Shown piece by piece: positions 1 to 9,691 of a stretch of 64,000 bases of DNA (position 1 is the first letter of the stretch; every line of letters begins with the position of its first letter). Source of the stretch: an uncultured Bacilli bacterium (GTDB lineage Bacteria; Bacillota_I; Bacilli_A; RF39; UBA660); NCBI GenBank assembly GCA_934085595.1, contig CAKOHK010000001.1, positions 77,429 to 141,428 of the forward strand, in the 5' to 3' direction. The notes beneath the pieces are model-generated. The model ran no database searches. It had not been told where the DNA came from and was given only the letters and a program-made list of their open reading frames with translations. Position numbers and translations under genes: made by a program.

Positions 1-150
1 ATAATATTGATGCGATAGTTATAAATAGTAATTTTGTAAATATTTTATTTTCAAGTTTATTTATTTTTTCTTTCTTTAAAAACATTATAGTTATAATTAC
101 TGTATACACTAAAGCTGATACACTTAAAAATATACTTCCACTATTATTCA
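1..150 (-). CDS. Partial CDS (N-terminus only, runs off window start): small hydrophobic/membrane protein start
   Basis: Reverse-complement reading from 150 gives MNNSGSIFLSVSALVYTVIITIMFLKKEKINKLENKIF..., open to the window edge. AGAGG RBS lies just upstream. It sits immediately downstream of a TGTTATAAT extended -10 carried in the duplicated segment. Confidence 0.35.
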
Positions 151-207
151 TTTCTAACCTCTTTATTCTTTTTAATTATAACAAAAAATTGACTTAATAG
201 CCAATCT

Positions 208-2007
208 TTAATTAATTTTATTTACTAATTTTAATGAGTATTTGTTATCAACTAATTCTTTTCCCATATCTTCAAGTAATCTAAAGTCTAGTTTTTGATT
301 AGGAGTATATGGTATTTTGTCTAATTTTTCAAAGTACGTTGGTATTTCATAATCAGGTAGTTCTTCTTCGCATATATTTTTGATAGTATCTTTTACATCT
401 TCAAAATTAATTCCTTCTTTTAATACAACAAAAGACATTAATGTTGATCCATTTATTTCATCAGGAACACCAACTACTATAGTACTTTCTACAAAAGGAA
501 GTTTATTTATCACTTCTTCAATCGAATCAGGACTAATTTTAAATGCTGCTTTATTAATAACTCTTCTATTTCTTCCTCTTATAAAAACATAACCATCTTT
601 ATCAATATACCCAAGATCTCCAGATTTAACCCATTCTTTATTATTTGAATCTTTTTCTTTAATTTTATCTGTTGCTTCTTGATTATTTAAATATTGAACA
701 AACAAATTATCTGATGATATATATATTTCACCCGTACTTCCTACCGGTAATTCTTCTAAAGTATCAGGATCAACAACTTTAATATCAACACCTTTCATAG
801 GAAGCCCTATACTACCAGGCTTATTAGCATACATTGAATTAACTATAACAGCACCTAAACATTCATTATTTCCATAACCATTAACTATCGTAGTATCAAA
901 AGCTTGCTGCATATCAATAATTTCTTCTTCTAAAATCTTATCTCCACCAGAAACAAACGCTTTAGCTCTATTAATTCCATCAAGAACACGCTTTAATTCT
1001 TTCATTTTTTTCTTAAGTTCTTTTTTAGATGAAATAGAACTATCTTTACTAAGCATATCTATATCTTTATTTAATTCAATTATTTTTTTATAAATATATC
1101 TATAATGACCAGGAGTCGCTAATGAAATATCAAACTTACCTAAATCATCATAAACAATACCTTCATTTATAAACGGATTCATTTCAGCTTTCATTGTAAA
1201 AGCCATACTAGCATAAACAGAATTACCAAGTCCATATATTATGAAAGGAGGAACAGATACATGCATAGTATTACCCCTATAAAAAGGTAAATCAGCATAA
1301 GCCATCTTTTGAACCGCTGAATTAAAATTATATTCAGTGTGAACTATTTGCTTAGGTTTACCAGAACTTCCACTTGACTGTACAATCAAAGATGGTCTAT
1401 CTTTTTCAAAATTAATAGGAATTACTTCTTCACTTCTTCCATATTTTGAAATAAAATCACTAAATCTTATAAATCTAGGATCATCAGGAATAACAATTTT
1501 CTTATTATCTTTTCTGTCTTTAAATGTTACAAACATCTTACCAGCAAGGGATAAATAATCTTTAGCAGAACATACAATAACTTTTTGTACATTTGTTTCA
1601 TCTATTATTGCTGATACTAAAGGAAGAATATTTTCAAATACTATAACTGTTTTACAATCACTATTATTAATATAATTTATAATGTCTTTTGCTTTACATC
1701 TTAAATCAATAAAAGAAATACTAGCTCCTAATTTAGATATAGCAAGCAATGTTTCTTGTACAATAGGCATACTAATACTAAGTATAGCAACATTACTATT
1801 TTCTTTTACCCCAATTGATTTAAGAGCACTTGCAAATAAATCTGCTTCACTTATAAGTTCTTTATAACTAATTTCATTTCCCATAAATCCTACCGCAGGA
1901 TAATTCATATAATCTTTACTTTCATTAGTAATAAGACTATACATAGTTTGATTAATATCAAACTCTTTAATAGGTTTCTTTCTATGATATTTTATTTCAT
2001 TTTCCAT
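208..2007 (-). CDS. AMP-dependent synthetase/ligase (long-chain acyl-CoA synthetase-like)
   Basis: ORF track 208..2046. AMP-binding motif SSGSSGKPKQ and a C-terminal ligase domain are present. The better start is the internal ATG at 2007 (MENEIKY...), preceded by AAGGGG RBS; the ATG at 2046 has no RBS. Confidence 0.8.
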   Translation of the reverse strand: MENEIKYHRKKPIKEFDINQTMYSLITNESKDYMNYPAVGFMGNEISYKELISEADLFASALKSIGVKENSNVAILSISMPIVQETLLAISKLGASISFIDLRCKAKDIINYINNSDCKTVIVFENILPLVSAIIDETNVQKVIVCSAKDYLSLAGKMFVTFKDRKDNKKIVIPDDPRFIRFSDFISKYGRSEEVIPINFEKDRPSLIVQSSGSSGKPKQIVHTEYNFNSAVQKMAYADLPFYRGNTMHVSVPPFIIYGLGNSVYASMAFTMKAEMNPFINEGIVYDDLGKFDISLATPGHYRYIYKKIIELNKDIDMLSKDSSISSKKELKKKMKELKRVLDGINRAKAFVSGGDKILEEEIIDMQQAFDTTIVNGYGNNECLGAVIVNSMYANKPGSIGLPMKGVDIKVVDPDTLEELPVGSTGEIYISSDNLFVQYLNNQEATDKIKEKDSNNKEWVKSGDLGYIDKDGYVFIRGRNRRVINKAAFKISPDSIEEVINKLPFVESTIVVGVPDEINGSTLMSFVVLKEGINFEDVKDTIKNICEEELPDYEIPTYFEKLDKIPYTPNQKLDFRLLEDMGKELVDNKYSLKLVNKIN

Positions 2008-2082
2008 AACATACCCCTTCAAAACATAGTTAGTATGATACCACATTTTTCATATTTTTTCAATTTTATTTTATTATGATTA

Positions 2083-3759
2083 TCAAAAAAGAGCAGAATA
2101 TTCTTGAAATAGTTTCTCCATCTCTTCATGACTAATATCACTTCTTGCCATCATTTCTTCTAAACACTTTTTTCTATCAGAAATATCATTATCTTTTTCA
2201 TTTGTCATCTTATCATCAAAATATTCACTATATCCTTTGTCTATCTTTTTAACTTCTTTGTTTTCAAATACTATTAGAGAATTAGTAAGATTTTTAAGTA
2301 AATATCTATCATGTGTCGCGATTAATATACTTCCAGGAAATGTTATTAAAGCATTCTCTAGTTCTATTTTATTTTCTAAATCCAAATGATTTGTAGGCTC
2401 ATCAAGCACAAGTAAATTATATTCTTCTAGTATAATTTGTACTAGTTTAATTTTCATCCTTTGTCCTAAGCTAAGACTACTTATTTTATTCTTAAATATA
2501 CTTCTATCTACACCCATATTAACTAAATTGCTAAAGAAAAATTGTTTTTTATTAGCGTCAAATCTACTAGCAAACTCATTTATAGTTAAGCTATCATCTA
2601 TATCAAAAACATCTTGACTCATATACGCCATTTTAAGTGAAGGTGTTTTCCATATACTTCCGGTAGTAGATTCTATTTCTCCATTAATAATTTTAATGAG
2701 CGTACTTTTACCACATCCATTTGGCCCAATTAATCCAATTTTATCATTTGACTTAATTTCAAAATTAGCATTTTCAAAAATAAGTTTTCCATCATATTCT
2801 TTGGAAACATCGGTAAGTTTTACTAAAGCATTAGCTCTCAAATCTTCCCCATTAAAGAAATATTTTATATCTTTACTTTCATAAGGTTTATCTATAAAAT
2901 CTTCTCTTAACTTTTCAAGTCTTTTCTTTTTATTTTCAGCAGAAGAAGATAGTTTGGCTGCTTTTCTTTGAGCATTGGTTTTAACACCTTTTATTTTAGA
3001 ATCAGACCTCATTCCACCTTGTCTGCCAGCTTCTCTTTCTCCTTTATTAGACCATTCATTAAGTTTCTTAATTTCATTTTTAATTTTTTTATCTAATTTC
3101 TGTTCATTTTCATATCTACTTTTCATCTTAGCAAGTTCTTTTTCTTTTTCTAAAGCATAATAATCATAATTTCCATTATATATATTTATTTTTCCTCTAT
3201 CAATTTCAATAATTTTATTTACAGTTTGATTTAAAAAATATCTATCATGAGAAACAACTATTAAAGTACCACTATAATTTTTAATTATATTAATTAAATA
3301 ATCTATACTTTTAATATCAACATGATTAGTAGGCTCATCCATTATTAATATTGAGGGGTCTTTTGATAATATATACGACAAAGCTATTTTAGTTTTTTCT
3401 CCACCACTTAAGTTTTTAAGTCTTTCTGCAGAATAATCTATATTTTTTGTAATTCCAAACTCACTATTTAGTTTTAAAAACCTAGTTAAACCTTCTTTAT
3501 TTGTACACATATTTAAAAAGTCTTCATTTGTATACTCAGTTATTTGTTTTAAGTACCCTATTCTATCATCAGAAACAATAACACTTCCTTCATAATCATC
3601 TATATCACCACATATAATTTTGATAAGCGTACTTTTACCGCATCCATTCTTCCCAATAATACCTATTTTATCAGAAGAATTAATACTCAAAGATATATTA
3701 TCAAGAACTAAATTATCATTAAAACTCTTAGATAGATTAGTAATTTCAATAATCCTCAT
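2083..3759 (-). CDS. ABC-F family ATPase (tandem ABC domains, no TMD; ribosome-associated/possible antibiotic-resistance type)
   Basis: Two Walker A motifs (GKNGCGKST, GPNGCGKST) and two signature motifs (LSGGEKTKIAL, LSLGQRMKIKL). A K/E/R-rich inter-domain linker of ~80 aa is present and there is no membrane domain. AGGAGG RBS lies at 3766-3771. Confidence 0.85.
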   Translation of the reverse strand: MRIIEITNLSKSFNDNLVLDNISLSINSSDKIGIIGKNGCGKSTLIKIICGDIDDYEGSVIVSDDRIGYLKQITEYTNEDFLNMCTNKEGLTRFLKLNSEFGITKNIDYSAERLKNLSGGEKTKIALSYILSKDPSILIMDEPTNHVDIKSIDYLINIIKNYSGTLIVVSHDRYFLNQTVNKIIEIDRGKINIYNGNYDYYALEKEKELAKMKSRYENEQKLDKKIKNEIKKLNEWSNKGEREAGRQGGMRSDSKIKGVKTNAQRKAAKLSSSAENKKKRLEKLREDFIDKPYESKDIKYFFNGEDLRANALVKLTDVSKEYDGKLIFENANFEIKSNDKIGLIGPNGCGKSTLIKIINGEIESTTGSIWKTPSLKMAYMSQDVFDIDDSLTINEFASRFDANKKQFFFSNLVNMGVDRSIFKNKISSLSLGQRMKIKLVQIILEEYNLLVLDEPTNHLDLENKIELENALITFPGSILIATHDRYLLKNLTNSLIVFENKEVKKIDKGYSEYFDDKMTNEKDNDISDRKKCLEEMMARSDISHEEMEKLFQEYSALF

Positions 3760-3819
3760 AGTTCCTCCTTATCTTAATTTGTCTTAATTATAACAAAAAA
3801 TTGACTTAATAGCCAATCT

Positions 3820-4002
3820 TTAATTAATTTTATTTACTAATTTTAATGAGTATTTGTTATTAACTAATTCTTTTCCCATAAATCCTACCGCAGGATAATT
3901 CATATAATCTTTACTTTCATTAGTAATAAGACTATACATAGTTTGATTAATATCAAACTCTTTAATAGGTTTCTTTCTATGATATTTTATTTCATTTTCC
4001 AT
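3820..4002 (-). pseudogene. Internally deleted remnant of the acyl-CoA synthetase gene (first ~44 codons fused in-frame to last 16 codons)
   Basis: The 73-aa ORF 3820..4041 has an N-terminus identical to ORF 208..2046 and its last 16 aa match that ORF's C-terminus. At nucleotide level 3789-3878 matches 176-265 and 3879-4064 matches 1867-2070. The junction falls in the shared 9-bp microhomology TTTCCCATA. Confidence 0.8.
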
Positions 4003-4238
4003 AATATACCCATTCAAAACATAGTTAGTATGATACCACATTTTTCATATTTTTCAATCTTACCCAAAATTAAAATGATACATATAGCAAAACAATATCA
4101 ATTTAAACTCTAAAATGTTATTTATGCTTACTAAATTGCTTTGCTCATACTTATCAAAATTCTTTATAAAACAATATATATTTCTAAAGTAAAAACCACC
4201 ATTAGTCAACAATAATGGTGGCTTTTACTTAAATATTT

Positions 4239-6251
4239 TTACTTTTGATTATACACAATAAGTTTATGTTGTGCTCTTGTTATCGCAACATAATATAAAT
4301 ATCTCTCTTCATCATTAAACTTATTATCTTTTTCAGTATATATAATAACACTATCAAACTCTAAACCCTTAGCCATATAAACTGGAACTACAATAAACTT
4401 TCTATTAAACTTCATCACAGTATTATCTATTTTACTAATACCCTCATCCTTAAGTAATTCATATATTTTATTACATTCTTCTTGATTCTTAGTAATAATA
4501 GCCATGCTCTTTCCATATTTATTACACTCTTTAATATCATCTATAAGTTGATTATATAAATTATCTTCTTTCTTTTCATCAACTGGTACATTATTATCTC
4601 TCCTAATAGCTGTAACATGATTTAAATGAAGTACTCTATTACTATATTCAACTATTTCTTCACTAGAACGATATGTTTTAGTAAGTTCTATATATTTACT
4701 ACTAGGTAATATCTTGCATATATCTTCAAGACTATCATATTTATAATATGGATTAATAGTTTGATTAATATCTCCAAGTATAGTATAACTAGCATTTCTA
4801 AATATCTTACTAATTAGTTTTAATTGTCCTAAAGTATAATCTTGTGCTTCATCTATAACAATTTGTTTAATAGAAATATTATATTCATAACCATATAGTT
4901 TACATTTCATATATACATATAAACAAGCATCATCATAATATATTAATTTCTTATTATCTTTTATATTACTTATATCTTTATTTATATAACTAAACTTACT
5001 ATTAAAGAAATTAATATATACATCAGCTAAATCTTTAGGTAAGTTTAATCTATCATATAACTCTTTAGATATCTTTTTACTTTTAGATGTTCTTCCATTA
5101 AAATTATTTTCGCTTATTTTTTCAACCATAGTTTGTAATCTACTACCAAGAGGTAACTTACTATATCTTACATTAAGCATATAATCTAGTTCACTCTTAG
5201 TATAACTATAATCTCTTGTAAATAAATCATCATTAAATCTAATATTCTTACATAAATCATCTATATATTTATCTATATCATCATATACTCTATCACTTTG
5301 TTTATATTTAATAAAATCAAAATCACATGTACCACTATAACTTCTTTCTATGAATGCCGTAAACGTTTCTACATCATAAAACTCTTTTATCTCTGTACTT
5401 AAAAAATCATTAATAGTTGTCTGCATAGTATTATTTTCACCTAGTTCTGGAAGTACATTACTTATATATTCTGAAAATACTTTATTTGGTGAAAATATTA
5501 ATATATTATCACTTCTTAAATTATCTATTCTATATAATAAAAATGCTATTCTATGAAGTGCTACACTTGTTTTACCACTACCCGCTATTCCTTCTACTAT
5601 TAAGTTTCTATCTTCTGTATTTCTTATAACTGTATTTTGTTCTGCTTGTATTGTATTAACAATATTTTTCATTTTTTCGCTACTAGCACTTGCTAATACT
5701 TCTTGTAATAATTCATCATCTATATTAGTATTATTATCAAAAATATGTTTAAGTTTCCCGTCTTTAATAGTATATTGTCTTTTAAGTGTTATCTCACCCT
5801 CTATTTTACCAAGAGGCGCTATATAACTTGCTTTACCTACTTCATAATCATAAAATAAATTACATATAGGGCTTCTCCAATCATATACATAGTAGTTATT
5901 ATTATCATCTTCTACATGAGTAATACCAATATACACATCATCCTTATTTATACCATCAGTAAATATAATTCTTCCAAAGTAAGGATTTCCTTGTATTCTA
6001 TAAAGTTTTTGTAAATATTCGCCCTTCTTCATCATCATGCTAACTTCAAGATCACTATCACTCATCATAGTTTTAAGTTCAGTAGGATCCATATCAGACC
6101 TATTATCCCACATGAATCTCTTAAACTCTTCTATCTTATCTTCTCTATCATATAGTTCTTGTCCTAGAAGAGATATCTTTTTTCTAACCAAATTAATGGT
6201 ATCTTCAAGTCTAGTTTCTTCAAGTTTTACATCATTTTTTGATAAACCCAT
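4239..6251 (-). CDS. helD: HelD-like UvrD/Rep-family helicase (DNA helicase IV, RNAP-associated)
   Basis: Walker A GIAGSGKT and Walker B VIDEAQDY are present, together with UvrD-like C-terminal motifs and an N-terminal coiled/HelD-like region. The start is chosen at MGLSK (6251), which has a GGAGGTG RBS; the ORF track extends to 6308. Confidence 0.75.
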   Translation of the reverse strand: MGLSKNDVKLEETRLEDTINLVRKKISLLGQELYDREDKIEEFKRFMWDNRSDMDPTELKTMMSDSDLEVSMMMKKGEYLQKLYRIQGNPYFGRIIFTDGINKDDVYIGITHVEDDNNNYYVYDWRSPICNLFYDYEVGKASYIAPLGKIEGEITLKRQYTIKDGKLKHIFDNNTNIDDELLQEVLASASSEKMKNIVNTIQAEQNTVIRNTEDRNLIVEGIAGSGKTSVALHRIAFLLYRIDNLRSDNILIFSPNKVFSEYISNVLPELGENNTMQTTINDFLSTEIKEFYDVETFTAFIERSYSGTCDFDFIKYKQSDRVYDDIDKYIDDLCKNIRFNDDLFTRDYSYTKSELDYMLNVRYSKLPLGSRLQTMVEKISENNFNGRTSKSKKISKELYDRLNLPKDLADVYINFFNSKFSYINKDISNIKDNKKLIYYDDACLYVYMKCKLYGYEYNISIKQIVIDEAQDYTLGQLKLISKIFRNASYTILGDINQTINPYYKYDSLEDICKILPSSKYIELTKTYRSSEEIVEYSNRVLHLNHVTAIRRDNNVPVDEKKEDNLYNQLIDDIKECNKYGKSMAIITKNQEECNKIYELLKDEGISKIDNTVMKFNRKFIVVPVYMAKGLEFDSVIIYTEKDNKFNDEERYLYYVAITRAQHKLIVYNQK

Positions 6252-6427
6252 ATTCACCTCCATACACAAAAAACGCTTTTTATTTTCAAAAAAACGTTTA
6301 TTTATCAAATACTATTCTAGCAGTCCTATCAAATGTATCATATTTATATTAATATTACAAGATATTTAAAGGAAAAAGTATAAATAATTATTTAATTGAT
6401 TTTATATTTATAAACTATTACTATATT

Positions 6428-6612
6428 TGTGCTAATAATAAATATGCTTCTTTACCATCAGTATATTTTAACTCTAACTTTGTAGTATTCACATTAATAG
6501 TCTCTACTACATCATTACCACTTATAGTTAAGCTAAATATACATAAGTAAGTACTATTGTTAACAAAAATACTGACAATAACCCACTTGTAAATATAAAC
6601 TTTTTATCTTTC
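6428..6612 (-). pseudogene. Frameshifted/truncated N-terminal remnant of the TasA-like variable-protein family
   Basis: The reverse strand reads MMKDKKFIFTSGLLSVFLLTIVLTYVYLA*, then ...SGNDVVETINVNTTKLELKYTDGKE in another frame. A 1-nt deletion relative to the paralogues (YAYFSLVVSGNDV) causes the frameshift. The family's upstream promoter and 5'UTR sequence is retained at 6613-6680. Confidence 0.7.
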
Positions 6613-6675
6613 ATCATATTTTCCTCTATTCTCTATTAGTACTACAATTTAACTAATTATACATTTCAATGTCAA

Positions 6676-6712
6676 AGCCAAACAAAAAGCAAACACTTCT
6701 CATGTTTGCTTT
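6676..6712 (-). terminator. Rho-independent terminator downstream of tig
   Basis: Stem AAAGCAAACA / TGTTTGCTTT (6686-6695 / 6703-6712), followed on the minus strand by TTTTGTTTGG. Confidence 0.6.
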
Positions 6713-6720
6713 CATAAATA

Positions 6721-7965
6721 CTATTCAGTAATAGTTTTCATAGCCTTCTTCATTAACATATCATATTTATAAAGATCTTTAGATCCAACTTCTTTAATGA
6801 ACTCTTCTTTACTAATTCCATAATTCTTAGCAGTTTCTTCTAAATCTTTTTCAAGTTCTTCTTCTGTTACATCTAATTTTTCAGCTTTAACTATTTCATC
6901 TAAAATTAATCTATAACCTATTCTCTTATTAGCTTCATCTTTTAATGTTTCTTTAAACTCATTAATTTCTTTTCCTAAGAACTTTAAGTAATCTTTTAGA
7001 TTTAATCCTTGATATTTTAATTTATCTTCAAAGTCTTTAACCATTCTATTAACTTCATCACTAGTCATTTCTTCTGGTATTTCAAACTTAGAATCACTTA
7101 CTATTTTATCTAAGCATTTAAATAGGTATTTATCTTCATTTTCTTTCTTTTTACCAGTTTTAATATTCTCTTCAATATATTTCTTTAATTCTTCTAGTGT
7201 AGTTACTTCTTTAATACCTAAATCATCAAAGAAATCTTTATTAAACTCAGGAAATACTCTTTCTTTTACTTCTTTAACTGTTACTTTGAATATTACTTTT
7301 TTACCTTTAAGATTTTCAGCTCCATAGTTTTCAGGGAAAGTAACATCTAAATCTTTACTATCACCTTTCTTAAGTCCAACTAGTCCTTCTTCAAATCCTG
7401 GTATAAATGTATGAGATCCTATTGTTAAAGGATAATCATTTCCTTTACCACCATCGAATGCTTTGCCATCTAAGAATCCCTCAAAATCTATAACAGCAAT
7501 ATCTCCATCTTTAATTTCATGGTTATCTTCTGCTACTTTTTCATCTACAAAATGTTCTTTTAAATGATTAAGTTCATGTTCTACTTCTTCTTCATTGACT
7601 TTAATTTCTTCTTTCTTAATTCCTAATGATTTATATTTACCAAGTTTTACTTCTGGAGCACCTACTATAGTAAACTCTATTTCTACCATATCTTTACTAA
7701 TATTCTTAATATCAATACTTGGAGTAGCAGCAGGTACTACTGTTTTTGGATCTTCCATTAATTTAGCATATAATATATCTACTGCATAATCAATAGCGTT
7801 TGTATAAAGTCTTTCAATACCAAACTTCTTAATAAATATTTCTTCTGGTACTTGTCCTTTTCTAAATCCATCTACTTTTAAATCTTTTCTTTCTTTCTTA
7901 AAAGATTTATCTAAACAATCTTTCCATTCTTTTCCCTCTAACTTTAGTGTGTATACTTCTTTCAT
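6721..7965 (-). CDS. tig: Trigger factor (ribosome-associated chaperone/PPIase)
   Basis: 414 aa. Contains an FKBP-type PPIase motif (GFRKGQVP) and a trigger-factor N-terminus (MKEVYTLKLEGKEWKD...). Confidence 0.9.
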   Translation of the reverse strand: MKEVYTLKLEGKEWKDCLDKSFKKERKDLKVDGFRKGQVPEEIFIKKFGIERLYTNAIDYAVDILYAKLMEDPKTVVPAATPSIDIKNISKDMVEIEFTIVGAPEVKLGKYKSLGIKKEEIKVNEEEVEHELNHLKEHFVDEKVAEDNHEIKDGDIAVIDFEGFLDGKAFDGGKGNDYPLTIGSHTFIPGFEEGLVGLKKGDSKDLDVTFPENYGAENLKGKKVIFKVTVKEVKERVFPEFNKDFFDDLGIKEVTTLEELKKYIEENIKTGKKKENEDKYLFKCLDKIVSDSKFEIPEEMTSDEVNRMVKDFEDKLKYQGLNLKDYLKFLGKEINEFKETLKDEANKRIGYRLILDEIVKAEKLDVTEEELEKDLEETAKNYGISKEEFIKEVGSKDLYKYDMLMKKAMKTITE

Positions 7966-7993
7966 ATTTCCCTCCTATAACAAATAAGGATAA

Positions 7994-8464
7994 TTAGCTT
8001 ATCCTTACTATATTTACTTTATACATACCATCTGGAGAACAAACTTCAACAGTATCTCCAGCTTTTTTTCCTAATATTGCAGCAGCAATAGGACTTTCAT
8101 TTGATATCTTATTATTAAATGGATCAGCTTCTTGACTTCCAACTATAGTATAAGTTTCTATTTCGTCATCATCATCGTATTTTAGTTCTACTTCACACCC
8201 AATACTTACTTTTCCATTATCAGCAGCTTTGTCAATAACAGTAGCATGTTCTAAAGTGTATTCTATTTCTATAATTCTCTTTTCTAAATTAGCTTGATCT
8301 TCTCTTGCTTGTTCATATTCTGAGTTTTCAGATAAATCTCCAAGAGCTCTTGCTTCTTTTAGAGTTTGTGTTACTTCTTCTCTTTTAGTTGTTTTTAAAT
8401 AATTTAATTCTCTTTCTAATTCTTCCTTACCTTCTGCTGTAAGAAATATCTCCTTTTTCTTCAT
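7994..8464 (-). CDS. greA: Transcription elongation factor GreA
   Basis: N-terminal coiled-coil plus a C-terminal FKBP-like domain (MKKKEIFLTAEGKEELERELNYLK...). The start is at the internal ATG 8464, which has a GGAGGG RBS; the ORF track extends to 8512. Confidence 0.9.
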   Translation of the reverse strand: MKKKEIFLTAEGKEELERELNYLKTTKREEVTQTLKEARALGDLSENSEYEQAREDQANLEKRIIEIEYTLEHATVIDKAADNGKVSIGCEVELKYDDDDEIETYTIVGSQEADPFNNKISNESPIAAAILGKKAGDTVEVCSPDGMYKVNIVRIS

Positions 8465-8518
8465 GTAAATTCTTCCCTCCTCGCATGAATAAAATGATAC
8501 CACAATAAACATTATTTG

Positions 8519-9691
8519 TCAAGAAATTTTAACCCTCATTATATCGTATTTAGATAGTTTAAAAGGCACTTTTATTTTAACTATTTCTCTTGCATGATTA
8601 GATGTATTAACACTTATATTATCAGAGTTTATTATGTCTTTAATAGTATATGTAATAGGTTCTAAATTAGGACCAAAAAACTCTACTTCATCATCTACAT
8701 TAAATCTATTTCTTTGTTCAATAACTGCATACCCATCTTTATCATAATCTAGTACAAGACCTAAAAAATCTTGATTACTTACTTCTACTCTTCCATTATA
8801 ATATTCAGCATCTACTCCATATTCACCATTATAAAACTGAGCCATATTCTCTCTATTAGAACATCTATTTAATACTTTTTTATAGTATTCTATCTTATTG
8901 CTAGTAAGATCACCATTAATTTTAGCATCTATTACATTTCTATATGCATTACATACAGTAGCTATATAATACATACTTTTCATTCTACCTTCTACTTTAT
9001 ATGACTCTATACCTAAATCCATCATATCAGATATATAATCTATCATATTTAAATCTTTACTACTAAATGTAAACTTATTAGAATGCTTATTATCAAATAC
9101 AAATCTACATATTTGAGCGCATCCACCTCTATTAGAATCTCTCTTAGTTATATAATTTGATAGTACACATCTTCCACTATATGAAGTACACATAGCTCCA
9201 TGTATAAATACTTCCACTTCACAATTAGTATTTTCTTTAATATATTTTATATCATCTCTTGAGCACTCTCTTGCCAGTACTACTCTATAAGCACCAAGTG
9301 ACTCATAAAACTTAACTGCTTCTAAATTAGTTATTGATTTTTGAGTTGATATAAAAAAAGGTATTTTAAGTTCTAATCTTTTAATAGACTCTATTACTGC
9401 AAAATCACTAATTATTAAAGAATCAACTCCTATTTTATCTAAAGTTATTAAATATTCATCTAAATCTTTTAAATCTTCATTATGAAATATCATATTAACT
9501 GTTACATATACTTTTTTATTAAGTTTATGTGCAAATTCACATGCTTCTTTTATTTCATCTATAGTAAAGTTATTAGCATTAGCTCTTAAACTATAATTAG
9601 TTCCCCCTATATATACAGCATCAGCCCCATATATAAAAGCAAACTTAAGTCTTTCTAAATCTCCTGCTGGTAATAATAATTCATATTTCAT
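8519..9691 (-). CDS. Peptidase U32 family protein (YrrO-like)
   Basis: 390 aa with a U32 collagenase-like N-terminus (LLLPAGDLERLKFAFIYGADAVYIGG). Synteny matches the mltG-yrrM-yrrN-yrrO-greA arrangement. Confidence 0.8.
   Translation of the reverse strand: MKYELLLPAGDLERLKFAFIYGADAVYIGGTNYSLRANANNFTIDEIKEACEFAHKLNKKVYVTVNMIFHNEDLKDLDEYLITLDKIGVDSLIISDFAVIESIKRLELKIPFFISTQKSITNLEAVKFYESLGAYRVVLARECSRDDIKYIKENTNCEVEVFIHGAMCTSYSGRCVLSNYITKRDSNRGGCAQICRFVFDNKHSNKFTFSSKDLNMIDYISDMMDLGIESYKVEGRMKSMYYIATVCNAYRNVIDAKINGDLTSNKIEYYKKVLNRCSNRENMAQFYNGEYGVDAEYYNGRVEVSNQDFLGLVLDYDKDGYAVIEQRNRFNVDDEVEFFGPNLEPITYTIKDIINSDNISVNTSNHAREIVKIKVPFKLSKYDIMRVKIS

Noticed and set aside
380-592. Numerous 60-120-aa plus-strand ORFs from the track lying inside or antisense to long minus-strand genes (e.g. 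380..592, 1682..1867, 2696..2884, 6037..6369, 11696..11980, 15931..16197, 45752..49108, 57633..58205)
   Set aside because: They are low-complexity, Ile/Phe/Leu/Ser-rich translations of the antisense strand of well-supported genes. The genome is ~25% GC, so stop codons are rare in some frames. They have no RBS or conservation signal.
3820-4041. 73-aa ORF called in the six-frame track
   Set aside because: It is an in-frame fusion of the first ~57 and last 16 codons of the neighbouring ligase (ORF 208..2046). It was created by an internal deletion within a duplicated copy. It is a remnant, not an independent gene.
4239-6308. Large 689-aa protein next to family remnant considered as possible reverse transcriptase or helicase partner of the DGR
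   Set aside because: Its motifs (GIAGSGKT, VIDEAQDY, UvrD-like C-terminus) identify it as a HelD/UvrD-family helicase. It has no RT motifs (no YxDD polymerase core).
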